This document shows positions 9,106 through 19,700 of a stretch of DNA of 64,000 nt, piece by piece. How positions within the stretch are numbered: position 1 is the stretch's first letter; each line of letters opens with the position of its first letter. The position numbers and the translations under genes were made by a program. The notes under the pieces are model-generated. The model saw only the letters and a list, made by a program, of their open reading frames with translations. It was not told the origin of the DNA and searched no databases. The DNA is from Gemmatimonadota bacterium. GTDB lineage: Bacteria > Gemmatimonadota > Gemmatimonadetes > Palauibacterales > Palauibacteraceae. The stretch is taken from positions 288,001-352,000 of the forward strand of contig OY762926.1 in assembly GCA_963666735.1 (NCBI GenBank). The letters are read 5' to 3'.

Positions 9106-11709
9106 ATGATCCGGATGCTGCGCGACAGGCAGGCCTGCCGCTTTCTCCGCGGCCGCCGGCTGGGCTGTGCTCTGCGCGGCCTGGTTCGGCAGGGTTTGAG
9201 CCTTACGACCGCTCTGGCGTCGAGCGCGATTGCGCTCGGTGGGCAGGCCGGCTCCTTCGGCAGTTCGATGCTGGTCCACGAGGGCCAGATTTTCATCGCC
9301 GAACCCAACCCCACCTTCCGCGCCGGCGCGGTATACATTTACGAGGAGACGACTGGCGCGGGGCGCGAGCCCTACGTATTGCGGGCACCGGACTTCGAGC
9401 GCGGGGACGGGTTCGGTACGGCCCTTGCGCGGGTCGGGAACTCGCTCTTCGTCGGACAGCGGGGTGGGCCGCTGCACGTATTCGAGCGGGGCGACGGAGG
9501 CGAGTGGATCCCGGCCGGACGGATCGAGGACGAAGGCGTGCGCGGGATCGAGCCGAGATGCAACGACTTCGGCTACTGCAATGCGGACTTCGGTCTGACG
9601 CTCGCGGGCCGGGACGGATGGCTGTTTGTGGGCGCGCCGGGTTGGGCCCCGGGCACGGGCCGGCCGAGAGAATACGCGCAAGGCGTCGTCCACATCTATC
9701 GGCGGGACGAGAACGGCCGGTGGGTTCACCGGTCGAAGCTCCAGGGGAGCGCGGGCTCGGAGCGCGACCGGTTCGGCGCCGCGGTCGCCTTCACGCCCCA
9801 TGGCGTGCTGGTCGGCTCTCCCGGAGCGGATGAGTGGGCGCTTGCGGCGCGGGGGCATGTGGCCCGGCGCCAGGAAGAACGCCAGCGGCGCCGGCGCGGG
9901 GATCCGCCGCCGCAGAGCCGCGATGATGTCGGTCTGGTCTACGAATTCCGCTTGGGCGCAGACGGATGGCGGGAGGTCGCAGTGCTCGAATCCCCTGCCG
10001 AAGCCAACGGCAGATTCGGGTCCGCCATTGCGGCCGCGAATGGACGGATCCTGGTTGGCGCGCCGGGCACCGACAACGATCGCGGCGCCGTCTACGCGTA
10101 TTCCCGGGACGAGATCGTGGACCGGTGGATTCCGGAGGACGGACGGCTGGCGGTCCCGGAAGGTGAGAGTGGCGACCTCTTCGGCGCGGCGGTGGCCTTC
10201 GCCGGAAGCGACATCTGGGTCGGGGCTCCCACGGAGCGCGGCTACGAGAACGGCGCGGTGTACGTGTACGAAGCCGGCGGCGACGGAGGCCGGTCGACAC
10301 TGCCCGGCGGCATGGAACTCCCCCATGCGGAGACAGTGCAGCGCGCTCGGTATGGCGCTCTGATCACGGCGCAAGACGACGTTGTGGCCATCGGCGCGCC
10401 CGGCCTGAACCACAGATTCGGGGCCGTGCACGTGTGGCGGCGCGGTTCGGAGGACAGTTGGGATGACGCAGGTCTGCTCATCAGCGCCCCCGACGCGATC
10501 GGCTCTCTGCTCGGCGAAGAACTCCGATGCTCCGACGGGAAGGTTGGCCCGTTCGACTGCGACCGGGTCGACCTGCTGTCGTTCTTCCCCAACTCGATGT
10601 TGAAGGCGGACGGGCGTGCCCATGGCGTACACACGAACGACATATGGGGCTGGACAGACCCCCTTGACGGACGGGAGTATGCGCTGGTCGGACGCGTTGA
10701 CGGCACCTCCTTCGTCGACGTCACGGATCCGTCGAATCCGGTGCTGGTGGGGGATCTCCCCAAACCTCCGGGCACCCCGCCGTCACAGCTTTGGCGGGAC
10801 ATCAAGACGTACCGGAACTACGCGTACATCGTGGCCGACGGGACTGCCGACTACGGAATGCAGATCTTCGACCTCACACGCCTGCGCGACGTGTCCGAGC
10901 GTGAGAGGCCCGCCCTCTTCGAGCCGGACGCCCACTATCTCGAATTCGCGGGTTCGCACAACATCGTGATCAACGAGGAGACCGGATACGCCTACGCGGT
11001 GGGGAACAGCGGCCCCCGCGAGAACTGCGGTGGCGGTCTCCACATGATCGACCTAAGCGACCCCCGTAACCCCGAGTTCCTCGGCTGCGGCCCGACTCGC
11101 CGCATCCACGATTCGCAGTGTGCGGTCTACCGGGGCCCCGACGAGCGGTACCGCGGACGCGAGCTGTGCTTGAATTCGTCAGGAGACGCCTTCGAGATAT
11201 CCGACGTGACCGACAAGATCCATCCGGTGAGCGTGGCCAGCGCTTCATCGCCGAGAGCGGCCTACATCCACCAGGGCTGGCTCACACCCGACCACCGCTA
11301 CTTCTACCAGAACGACGAACTCGACGTCCTCGACGGCAGCGCGGAGACCACGCGGACGTTGATCTGGGATGTCGCCGATGTCGAAGACCCGATTCTGGTG
11401 AACCAGTTCATGGGTTCCTTCCCTGCGAGCGCCCACAACCACTACCCGAAGGACGGTCTGTTGTACCAGGCGAACTACCGCCACGGCCTGCAGGTCCTCG
11501 ACATTGCGGACCCCGAGAATCCAGAGGAAGCGGGATTCTTCGACACTGCGCCCTACCACGACGGTCCGGGGCTGAGTGGCGCCTGGGGCGTCTATCCGTT
11601 CTTCGAAAGCGGCACGGTAATCGTGACCAGCATGCAGGAAGGGCTGTTCGTGCTCAGGAAGCGGGAAGGGCCGGGAGTGGGCGCCCGGCCCCTTGCACGG
11701 CCACGCTGA
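9106..11709 (+). CDS. Choice-of-anchor B family protein with N-terminal FG-GAP-like repeats (start uncertain)
   Basis: Repeated FGxAVA...LVGAPG...GAVYVY units. C-terminal NDIWGWTDP, WRDIKTY, SHNIVINEETG, YIHQGWLT, QNDELD, AHNHY and GAWGVYPFFESG. Confidence 0.85.
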   Translation: MIRMLRDRQACRFLRGRRLGCALRGLVRQGLSLTTALASSAIALGGQAGSFGSSMLVHEGQIFIAEPNPTFRAGAVYIYEETTGAGREPYVLRAPDFERGDGFGTALARVGNSLFVGQRGGPLHVFERGDGGEWIPAGRIEDEGVRGIEPRCNDFGYCNADFGLTLAGRDGWLFVGAPGWAPGTGRPREYAQGVVHIYRRDENGRWVHRSKLQGSAGSERDRFGAAVAFTPHGVLVGSPGADEWALAARGHVARRQEERQRRRRGDPPPQSRDDVGLVYEFRLGADGWREVAVLESPAEANGRFGSAIAAANGRILVGAPGTDNDRGAVYAYSRDEIVDRWIPEDGRLAVPEGESGDLFGAAVAFAGSDIWVGAPTERGYENGAVYVYEAGGDGGRSTLPGGMELPHAETVQRARYGALITAQDDVVAIGAPGLNHRFGAVHVWRRGSEDSWDDAGLLISAPDAIGSLLGEELRCSDGKVGPFDCDRVDLLSFFPNSMLKADGRAHGVHTNDIWGWTDPLDGREYALVGRVDGTSFVDVTDPSNPVLVGDLPKPPGTPPSQLWRDIKTYRNYAYIVADGTADYGMQIFDLTRLRDVSERERPALFEPDAHYLEFAGSHNIVINEETGYAYAVGNSGPRENCGGGLHMIDLSDPRNPEFLGCGPTRRIHDSQCAVYRGPDERYRGRELCLNSSGDAFEISDVTDKIHPVSVASASSPRAAYIHQGWLTPDHRYFYQNDELDVLDGSAETTRTLIWDVADVEDPILVNQFMGSFPASAHNHYPKDGLLYQANYRHGLQVLDIADPENPEEAGFFDTAPYHDGPGLSGAWGVYPFFESGTVIVTSMQEGLFVLRKREGPGVGARPLARPR

Positions 11710-11715
11710 CGGGCC

Positions 11716-12729
11716 TCACGATGCCCCGCCCGCGAGACGTTGCGCGAAGGTCTGGGGCGTCGCGTTGAAGCGGGTCCGGCACCCTTCGCAGCAGAAGTAG
11801 ACGGACTGGCCTTCGAATGCCGAGGAGGGAGATCCGGCCACCGGGACGGTCATCCCGCACACGGGATCGATCGCTTCCGCCTCGGTCGCCTCGGCGTCCC
11901 TCGACGTGTTACCGGACGCGTTTCCGCGTTCGACGGCTTCCGACTCCCTGGGTTGCGCCTCGAGTTGGACGATCTCGGCGAGGATGCTGACGGCGATCTC
12001 CTCGGGGCTCTCGGCTCCGATGTCGAGGCCGGCGGGGCCCCGCACGCGGGAGATCTCGCCGGCGTCGACTCCGTGCCCCGCCAGCACGCGGCGGACCTCC
12101 TCCATGCGGGTGGGGGAGGCGATCACGCCGAGATAGTTCGGCGCGGCGGTCGCCAACTCCGCGAGCGAGCGCTCGTCACGCCGCCCCATGGTGGCGACGA
12201 CCCCGTACAGCTTCCATCCGCGGGGGCGTTCGGCGTAGCGTGCCGCCGTCTCCGCGAGGTCGTCCACGACCTCATCGGCCGCCTCCGCCAGAGCCTCGTC
12301 CCCGGTGCCCTCGGCCACGGTCGCGTATCCCATCGCGCCGCCAAGGCGCACGAGCGCGAGGGCGACGGGCGAACTTCCCGCCACGATGAGGACGGGAGCC
12401 GGAAGAACCGGATTCACATGCACTTCCACCTTCCCTCCGCTGCTGCAGGACATGGGCACGGGGACGAGATCGTCGGGGCGCCCGGGACCCGAACCGAAGG
12501 CGAGAAGCCTCGGCTCGCCCTGGTCCAGGGTCTCCAGCGCGTGGCGGATCACCTCCGACCGGGTGCAGCTGCCGCCGATCCAGCCGTGCATGACTCCGTC
12601 CGCCGAGACCAGCGCCATGTTGCCCGGCTTGCCGCTCGTGGGGCGCTCGCTCCGCACCACCGTGGCGAGCGCGTACGGCCGGCGCTCGGCCGCCATCCGC
12701 CCCGCGAGATCGAGCAGGTCGCGATTCAC
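11716..12729 (-). CDS. XdhC/CoxF-family molybdoenzyme maturation factor with C-terminal YHS domain
   Basis: GTG at 12729 overlaps the mocA stop. GWIGGSC, MSCSSGG and GPAGLDIGAESPEEIAVSILAEI motifs. YHS: IDPVCGMTV...VYFCCEGC. Confidence 0.9.
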   Translation of the reverse strand: MNRDLLDLAGRMAAERRPYALATVVRSERPTSGKPGNMALVSADGVMHGWIGGSCTRSEVIRHALETLDQGEPRLLAFGSGPGRPDDLVPVPMSCSSGGKVEVHVNPVLPAPVLIVAGSSPVALALVRLGGAMGYATVAEGTGDEALAEAADEVVDDLAETAARYAERPRGWKLYGVVATMGRRDERSLAELATAAPNYLGVIASPTRMEEVRRVLAGHGVDAGEISRVRGPAGLDIGAESPEEIAVSILAEIVQLEAQPRESEAVERGNASGNTSRDAEATEAEAIDPVCGMTVPVAGSPSSAFEGQSVYFCCEGCRTRFNATPQTFAQRLAGGAS

Positions 12730-13385
12730 GGGACATCGCCGGAGCGGGAGCCGGCCCCCCGAAACGCCCGCCGCGCGGATTCGTACTCGTCGGGCCGGTC
12801 GAGGTCTCGCAGCCGGCCGGCGGGCCATTCCACGTGGACTGCCCGCTCGCGGTGGCGGCGCACGACTTCCCGCCCGCAGCCCGCCTTCATGCGCGACACC
12901 TCGCCGAAGAGGCCGCGGCCGTAGAGGATCGGCGGCGCGTTGACCTCGCCCCCGTAGCGCGATGCGACGAGCGGCGCGCCGGTCTCCGCGTGGCGCTCCA
13001 CCAGCGTGCGCACCATGCGAGCCGTGACGAACGGCATGTCGGGCAGCATCACGACGGCCGCCCCGCAAGCCGCCGGTACCGCGGCGACACCGCAGGCCAC
13101 GGAAGTCTGAATGCCGGTCGCGTGATCGGGGTTGAAGACCGGTGTGCAGGCGAGATCCTCGACCTCCCGTTCGACGGCTTTCCGGAAACGTCCCGTGACG
13201 AGGATGACGGGAGCCAGACCGGCCTCGCCCGCGAGACGGACGGCGCGGCGCACGAGCGTTTCGCCGCCGATGTCCAACAGGAGCTTGTTGCGCCGCATGC
13301 GGGTCGACGACCCGGCGGCCAGCACGATCCCCGCGATTCCGGGTTCAGCGATCCTGGGTTCAGCTATCCCGCGCTCATCGGACAT
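12726..13385 (-). CDS. mocA: Molybdenum cofactor cytidylyltransferase (MocA-like nucleotidyltransferase)
   Basis: IVLAAGSSTRMRRNKLLL, NPDHATG, LPDMPFV and DLDRPDEY motifs. Context next to xdhC/cox. Confidence 0.8.
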   Translation of the reverse strand: MSDERGIAEPRIAEPGIAGIVLAAGSSTRMRRNKLLLDIGGETLVRRAVRLAGEAGLAPVILVTGRFRKAVEREVEDLACTPVFNPDHATGIQTSVACGVAAVPAACGAAVVMLPDMPFVTARMVRTLVERHAETGAPLVASRYGGEVNAPPILYGRGLFGEVSRMKAGCGREVVRRHRERAVHVEWPAGRLRDLDRPDEYESARRAFRGAGSRSGDVP

Positions 13386-13458
13386 GGGCTCCAGAATAGA
13401 CCGGTGCCGGACACCGCCGCGAGCCCGACCGCGCTTGGGAAACGCCCTGCGGGGGCTC

Positions 13459-14391
13459 CTACGGTGCGCGACGTCGCCGGCGCCCCGCGAGGCCGCGCGC
13501 CACGGCGACACCCGACAGAATCACGGCGGCGCCCGCCAGTTGCTGCACAGTGGGTGTCTCGCCCAGCCACATCCACCCCGTGGCGAGCGCGATCACCGGG
13601 ACGAGATTCTGGTACACCGCCGTCCGGCTCTGCCCGATCGTGCGCACGCCCCGCGACCACAACAGGTAGGCGATCGCGATCCCGAAGATCCCCGTGTACG
13701 CCGTCCCGAGCCAGATCCCCACCGGGACCGCACTCCAGTCCACCCGCATAAGGTCCGGGATTCCCGCAAGGATGATGAAGGGAAGGGAGGCCCAGATCGT
13801 CCACGCCGTCACCTCCAGCGCCCCGCGCCGCTTCGTCAGACGCCGCCCGAAAACGGTGAAGGCCGCCCACGAGAGCGCGGCTCCGAGGACGAGCAAGTCC
13901 CCGAGGCCGGCCCCGCCGACCTCCTGGTTGCCGCCGGTGATGAGAATCGCCATGCCGGCCAGCGTCGCGACGACGCCGAACAGGATCGCGAAGCTGAAGC
14001 GCTCACGCCCCAGCGCGGAGGCGATGAGGAGCACCCACACGGGACTCGTGGAGAGGAGCAGCGCCGCGTTCCCGGTCAGCGTCAGGTCGATCCCGTAGAT
14101 GAAGGCGGCCTGGAAGACCACGTGTCCCACCAGGCCGAGCCCCAGCACCCGCATCCACTCGCTCCGCGGCGGGAGGACCGGGCGCCCCGTGGCCCGGAGC
14201 AGGAACAGGACCGCCACCGCCGCGAACGGGAAGCGCAGGGCGTTGAACGCGAGCGGATCGAACCAGCGCAGGATGATCTTCACGACGGAGAAGTTGATGC
14301 CCCAGATGATCGCCGTGAGCAGGAGCCCGAGATCCACCGTGAGATCGCCCGGACGCCGCCGGTCGCTCCGGCTACCCTTCGAGTTCGTCAA
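13459..14391 (-). CDS. DMT/EamA family transporter (start uncertain)
   Basis: About 10 TM segments. IIWGINFSVVK, GDLLVLGAALSWA and YQNLVPVIA...LGE motifs. Confidence 0.9.
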   Translation of the reverse strand: MTNSKGSRSDRRRPGDLTVDLGLLLTAIIWGINFSVVKIILRWFDPLAFNALRFPFAAVAVLFLLRATGRPVLPPRSEWMRVLGLGLVGHVVFQAAFIYGIDLTLTGNAALLLSTSPVWVLLIASALGRERFSFAILFGVVATLAGMAILITGGNQEVGGAGLGDLLVLGAALSWAAFTVFGRRLTKRRGALEVTAWTIWASLPFIILAGIPDLMRVDWSAVPVGIWLGTAYTGIFGIAIAYLLWSRGVRTIGQSRTAVYQNLVPVIALATGWMWLGETPTVQQLAGAAVILSGVAVARGLAGRRRRRAP

Positions 14392-15068
14392 TCCGCAAGG
14401 CCGTGGGGGTGAGGAAAAAAGTGTCCCCGGCAGGAACCCGGGACCGGGACGGAATGGAGTATATTCCGAGGAGGCTCCGGGAGTCGAACGCACACGCCCT
14501 GGCGAAACGAGCGCCGCGATGTGCTCAGCCGCACGGCGAAGTGGGGATCCTCGAAGTAGGGCTGGATCATGCCGGCCGTGTGGTTGAGGAGGTGGCGCAC
14601 CGTGAGATCGGCGTGATTGGGCACCCGCGCGAACCAGTCCTCATCGCCGAGCCAGGTCGAGACCGGCGCATCGAGATCCAGCTCCCCGTTCATCGCCAAC
14701 TGCGGGGCGGCCGCGGCGACGTAGGTCTTCCCGATGCTGCCCGAGCCCATTCGCCTGTCCGGCGTCATCGGGATGTCGTCGTCCACGTCCGACTCGCCGG
14801 TGGCGAAGCCGAACACGCGCCCGTCCGGGAGGATGAACGCGGCCGTCGCCGCAGGGAAGTTCTCGCCGGTCTCCTGCGCCTGCGCCCAGGCGGCCTCAAG
14901 CTCGGCCCGAAAGCTCTCCACCAGCATCGCGGTCGCCTCCGGAGACAGCGACGGCTCCGTGCCAACCGCGGCATCCGGAGTCGAATCCGGCGCCGGCCCA
15001 CAGGCCAGGACGAAGCAGACGCCCAGGGCGGCCAGACGCGGATCGAAGAGTCGGGCAGCGTTCATCAT
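14388..15068 (-). pseudogene. Truncated serine hydrolase (beta-lactamase-like) lipoprotein
   Basis: Lipobox VLAC, SxxK (GSIGKT) and LTVRHLLNHTAG. Homology stops near 14520; there is no YxN or HxG motif and the tail looks non-coding. Confidence 0.7.
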
Positions 15069-15098
15069 GGAAGGACCTCCCGTGTCGACGTGTCGGGT

Positions 15099-16439
15099 CT
15101 ACGGGCCGAGTGCTCCCAGCGGGATCACACTCACGCCGTCCGGACGAACATATCCGAAGCCGCGTTCGACGATAACAGCAAGGGCGGCGGGTTCACCGCA
15201 CCGGCCCGTATCCACTCGATCGGCGAACTTCAGGAGCGAGGACGCCGCCTCATCGATCCGGCCCAGGCCGAGCTTGATCTCGAAGGCCGCCCAGCGGCCG
15301 GGACCCGCGTCGACGATGGCGTCCACCTCGAGACCGGTGTGGTCCCGGTAGTGGCTTACGCTCGCGCCGAGGGCCTGGGCATAGACGCGCAAATCGCGGA
15401 TCACCATCGATTCGAAGAGGAAGCCGAACCAGGAAAAGTCGTGCAGGAGCTCTTCCGGCCCCGCGCCGAGTGCCGCTGCCGCAATGGACGGATCCACAAG
15501 GTGCCTCTTGGGGGAAGTATGAAGCCGCGAGCGTGACCTCAGGCGAGGCGCCCACGGCGGCTGGTCCTCCACAACCATCAGGCGTTCGAGGCTGGTGAGG
15601 TACGAACGCGCCGTGTGGCCCGTCATCGACGGTTGGTCCGGGCCGGAGACATCGCGGGCGATGGTTGCGAGAGAAGCGTACGTCGCGACGTTTCGAGCCA
15701 GCGACTGCATGAAGCGGTGGACTCGACCCGGGTCCCGCCGCACTCCATCAACGCGGCGCAGGTCGGCACGACAGATGTCGTCTACGTAGCCCCGATTCAC
15801 GCGCATCGACTCCGCGACCGACGATTGGAGATGCCCCGGCCAGCCACCCACGCAGACCATTTCAGCCAGGTCATGCACGGACAGGTCGGTCGACGGTTGG
15901 GAGATAGGCGCGCTCCCGAGCACGTTCGCGAGTGACACCTGGCCGGTGCTGTGCCCCAGCTCGAAGAGCGACATGGGGCGGAGGCGCAGCCGGAGGATTC
16001 GGCCGGCGCCGGTATGGCGCGTGACGTCATCGGGCGGAACGGCCGACCCGGTAAGGATGAAATGGCCCTTCCCGGAGCGCGCATCCACCGCGCGACGGAT
16101 GTGGTTCCAGATCACCGGGGCAGTCTGCCACTCATCGATTAGCCGAGGGGTGGCGCCTTCAAGCACCAGGTCGGGATTGACCAGGATCATGTCCCGGGCC
16201 GTTCGATCCACATCCAGGAAGACCTCGCTGGCCACCACGTGCCGGGCGGTCTCGGTCTTCCCGCAGGCGCGCGGACCTTCGACCAGCACTGCTCCGGCCG
16301 CGGCCAGGCACTCCCTCAATTCCCGATCGGCCACGCGATCGCGGTAGCCCCCGGCGTCGAGTCCACTCGCGCGCCCGCTCACATGCCGGAATTTGCGTTC
16401 CGCCGCCACGTCCCCTCCTTCATCAGGTCTTGACTCCAT
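15099..16439 (-). CDS. AAA_14 ATPase with DUF4143 (PD-(D/E)xK-like) C-terminus
   Basis: Walker A GPRACGKT, Walker B LIDEWQ, ILTGS, GAGRI and GGWP. C-terminal FLFES...HYRD...EVDAIV...FEIK. Start uncertain. Confidence 0.9.
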   Translation of the reverse strand: MESRPDEGGDVAAERKFRHVSGRASGLDAGGYRDRVADRELRECLAAAGAVLVEGPRACGKTETARHVVASEVFLDVDRTARDMILVNPDLVLEGATPRLIDEWQTAPVIWNHIRRAVDARSGKGHFILTGSAVPPDDVTRHTGAGRILRLRLRPMSLFELGHSTGQVSLANVLGSAPISQPSTDLSVHDLAEMVCVGGWPGHLQSSVAESMRVNRGYVDDICRADLRRVDGVRRDPGRVHRFMQSLARNVATYASLATIARDVSGPDQPSMTGHTARSYLTSLERLMVVEDQPPWAPRLRSRSRLHTSPKRHLVDPSIAAAALGAGPEELLHDFSWFGFLFESMVIRDLRVYAQALGASVSHYRDHTGLEVDAIVDAGPGRWAAFEIKLGLGRIDEAASSLLKFADRVDTGRCGEPAALAVIVERGFGYVRPDGVSVIPLGALGP

Positions 16440-16489
16440 GCCGACCGCCCCCGCAACACGCCCTGCCAGTGGTATGGAAGTAGCGGGAG

Positions 16490-16545
16490 ATAGACAGATT
16501 TTCAACGCCTACAGAAACAGATTTTCAACGCTTACATAGACAGAT
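16490..16545. repeat. AT-rich 23-bp tandem repeat (about 2.4 copies)
   Basis: ATAGACAGATTTTCAACGCCTAC / AGAAACAGATTTTCAACGCTTAC / ATAGACAGAT. Confidence 0.85.
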
Positions 16546-16717
16546 ATCCGACGAAAACGGAAACGCAATCTCAGCTCTCCCCGGTAGGCCGCCGGTTCGT
16601 GGCCCTTCGGGGGCCGCTCACGCCGTGCGCTCCGGCCCCCCTTGTATTGCGCGGGTATCTCTGTCGTGCAGTATTCCGGGCGGAAGCACGTCATCTCCCC
16701 GTCTCCGAGGCAGTACC

Positions 16718-19700
16718 ATGAAGACAGCCCGAGTTGTTGCGCTCTCCGCGGCCGGCCTCCTCTTCGGCGCCAGTATCGGCGCGTCGGCCGGCGCCGCCCA
16801 GTCCGCGCTCGAGACGGCGATCTCCCGCCTCGAGTACCGGGAGCTCGGCCCGGCCCTCATGGGGGGGCGCATCGCCGACATCGCCGTGGTCGAAGCCAAG
16901 CCGCAGATCTTCTATCTCGGCACGGCCACCGGCGGGCTGTGGAAGACGGAGAACCACGGCACCTCCTGGACCCCGCTCTTCGACGACCAGCCGACGAGTT
17001 CGATCGGGGACGTGACCCTCCACCAGGCGAACCCGAACCTCGTCTGGGTGGGGACGGGCGAGCCCCAGAACCGTCAGTCCTCCCCCTGGGGGAACGGCGT
17101 CTACAAGTCGACGGACGGCGGAAACACGTGGATGCACATGGGGCTCGAGGCGACGAAGCACATCGCCCGCATCCTCATTCACCCGCGGAACCCGGACATC
17201 GTCCATGTGGCCGCGATGGGCGACCTCTGGGGTTCGAACCCCGAGCGGGGCGTCTTCCGGACCACGGACGGCGGGGAGTCGTGGGAGAAGGTGCTCTACG
17301 TCGACGACCACACGGGCGCGATCGATCTGGCCATGGATCCCGCCGACCCGAACACGATCTTCGCGGCCATGTACCAGCGGCAGCGGACGGGCTGGGGGTT
17401 CAACGGCGGCGGCCCGGGGAGCGGCCTCTACCGGACGGTCGACGGCGGCGACAGCTGGACGGAAGTCACCGAGGGTCTCCCGGCAGGCGACAAGGGCCGC
17501 ATCGGGATCGACATCTACCGGCAGGACGGGAACCTCGTCTACGCTCTGGTCGAGGCGGATCCCCGGCGGCCGGGGCAGGGGTTCGGCGGCGGGGGCGGCG
17601 GTCCGCGCCGGGGCGGGATCTTCCGCTCCACCGACCGCGGCGAGACGTGGGAGAAGATGTCGGACACGAACCCGCGTCCGATGTACTACTCCCAGGTCCG
17701 CATCGACCCGAGCAACCCCGACCGCATCTACGTGCTCGGGACGCAGCTGGCGATCTCCGATGACGGGGGCCGGACGTTCCGGAACGACGGGGCGGTGCAG
17801 ATCCATGTCGACCATCACCAGCTCTGGATCAACCCGGAGGATCCCGACCACCTGATCCTGGGGAGCGACGGCGGGGTGGCCGCGTCGTGGGACGGGGCCG
17901 CGCACTGGCGCATGTTCGACAACATCGCGCTGGGCCAGTTCTACGCCATCGGGTTCGACATGCGCACGCCCTACGCGGTGTGCGGCGGGCTTCAGGACAA
18001 CGACGCGTGGTGCGGACCCTCGAACACGCGTTCCTTCCACGGCATCCGGAATCAGGATTGGTACGAGACGGCGTACGGCGACGGCTTCTTCACGATCGTC
18101 GACCCCACCGACTCCACGATCGTGTACTCCGAGTCGCAGGGCGGGAACATGAACCGCTACGACCTGACGACGGGGGAGAAGATCCCCATGCGTCCCATCG
18201 TCGGACCGCGCGCGGACGGGGACACGACGAAGGCTTACCGCTACAACTGGAACTCGCCGCTCCTCCTCTCGCCGCACGACCCGGCCACGGTCTACCTGGG
18301 CGCGAACTACCTGCTGCGCTCGCGGGACTACGGGATGTCGTGGGAGGAGGTCGGAGGCCTCGACCTCACGAAGCAGATCGACCGCGAGGAACTCGAGATC
18401 ATGGGCGTCCCCGGCTCCGAGCCGCAGATGTCGCTCAACGACGGGATCTCGAACTACGGGAACCTCACCGCCGTGGAGGAGTCGCCCCTCGTGCCGGGGC
18501 TCATCTACGCGGGGACGGACGACGGGAACCTGCAGGTGTCGCGCGATGACGGGGAGACGTGGGAGAACGTCGTCGACCGCATCCCGGGCTTGCCGGAACG
18601 GACCTACGTGAGCCGGGTGGAGCCGTCCAACCACGCCGAGGGCCGGGTGTACGCGACCTTCGACGGCCACCGCAACGGCGACTACGCGGCGTACGCCTAC
18701 GTGAGCGAGGACTACGGGCAGAGCTGGCGGGCGATCGCGAACGGGCTGCCGGACGGGTGGTCGGTGAACGTGATCGTCGAGCACCAGCGGGCGCCGAACC
18801 TCCTCTTCATCGGGAACGAGGTCGGCGTCTTCGTCTCCGTGGACCGCGGCGAGAGCTGGGTGCAGCTCAAGAACAACCTGCCGACCGTGCCGGTGGACGA
18901 CATCCTCGTTCATCCGCGCGAGAACGACCTCATCGTCGGGACGCATGGGCGCAGCCTCTACATCCTCGCCGACGTGGCGCCGCTCGAAGCGCTGTCGGAG
19001 GGCATGCTGGCCGAGGCGGGCGGCGTGTTCGGCGACCATTCGATCATGTGGACGGAAAAGGGGGACTGGCCCTTCTACGGCGCCACCTACAGTGCGCCGA
19101 ACCCGCCGCGCGGGGCCCGGATTCGCTACTACCTGCGCGACGCTCCCGAAGAGACCATGGCGGAGGACGACGAGGAAGACGACGGGGAGGGCGAACACGA
19201 GGACGGCGATGACGACGAGGACGGTGATGGGGACGGAGACGGAGACGGCGACGCGTTCGCGCTGAAGATCGCCGACGCCTCGGGGGTACACGTACGTACG
19301 CTGGAGGCGCCCGCGGAAGTCGGCATCAACGAGGTGATCTGGGACTGGCGTCACGACGCGCCGTACGAGCGTGAGGGCGGCGGCGGTCCGGGCGGCGGAG
19401 GCGGCTTCTTCTTCGGCGGCGCGCCGCGGGGTCCGATCGTCCTCCCGGGCACGTACACGGTGAGCATGGAGGCGGGCGGCGAGACGTTCTCGGCCGAGGT
19501 CGAAGTCGTCGCGGAACCGCGCCGGCCGATGAGCCGCGCGGACCGCATGGCGCGGCAGGACGCGCTGCTGAGCCTCCACGCCATGGCGGGCCCGATTTAC
19601 GAGGCGGGGCAGGCCCTCGACGCGCTCGAGGAGCAGTTGTCGGCAGCGGAGGAACTGATCGAGGGCGCGGATGAGGCGCCGGAGGGACTGGAAGAGGAGC

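Noticed and set aside
19158..19252. Acidic low-complexity tracts (also about 33940..34010)
   Set aside because: These are in-frame Asp/Glu linkers common in these secreted protein families, not independent repeats.
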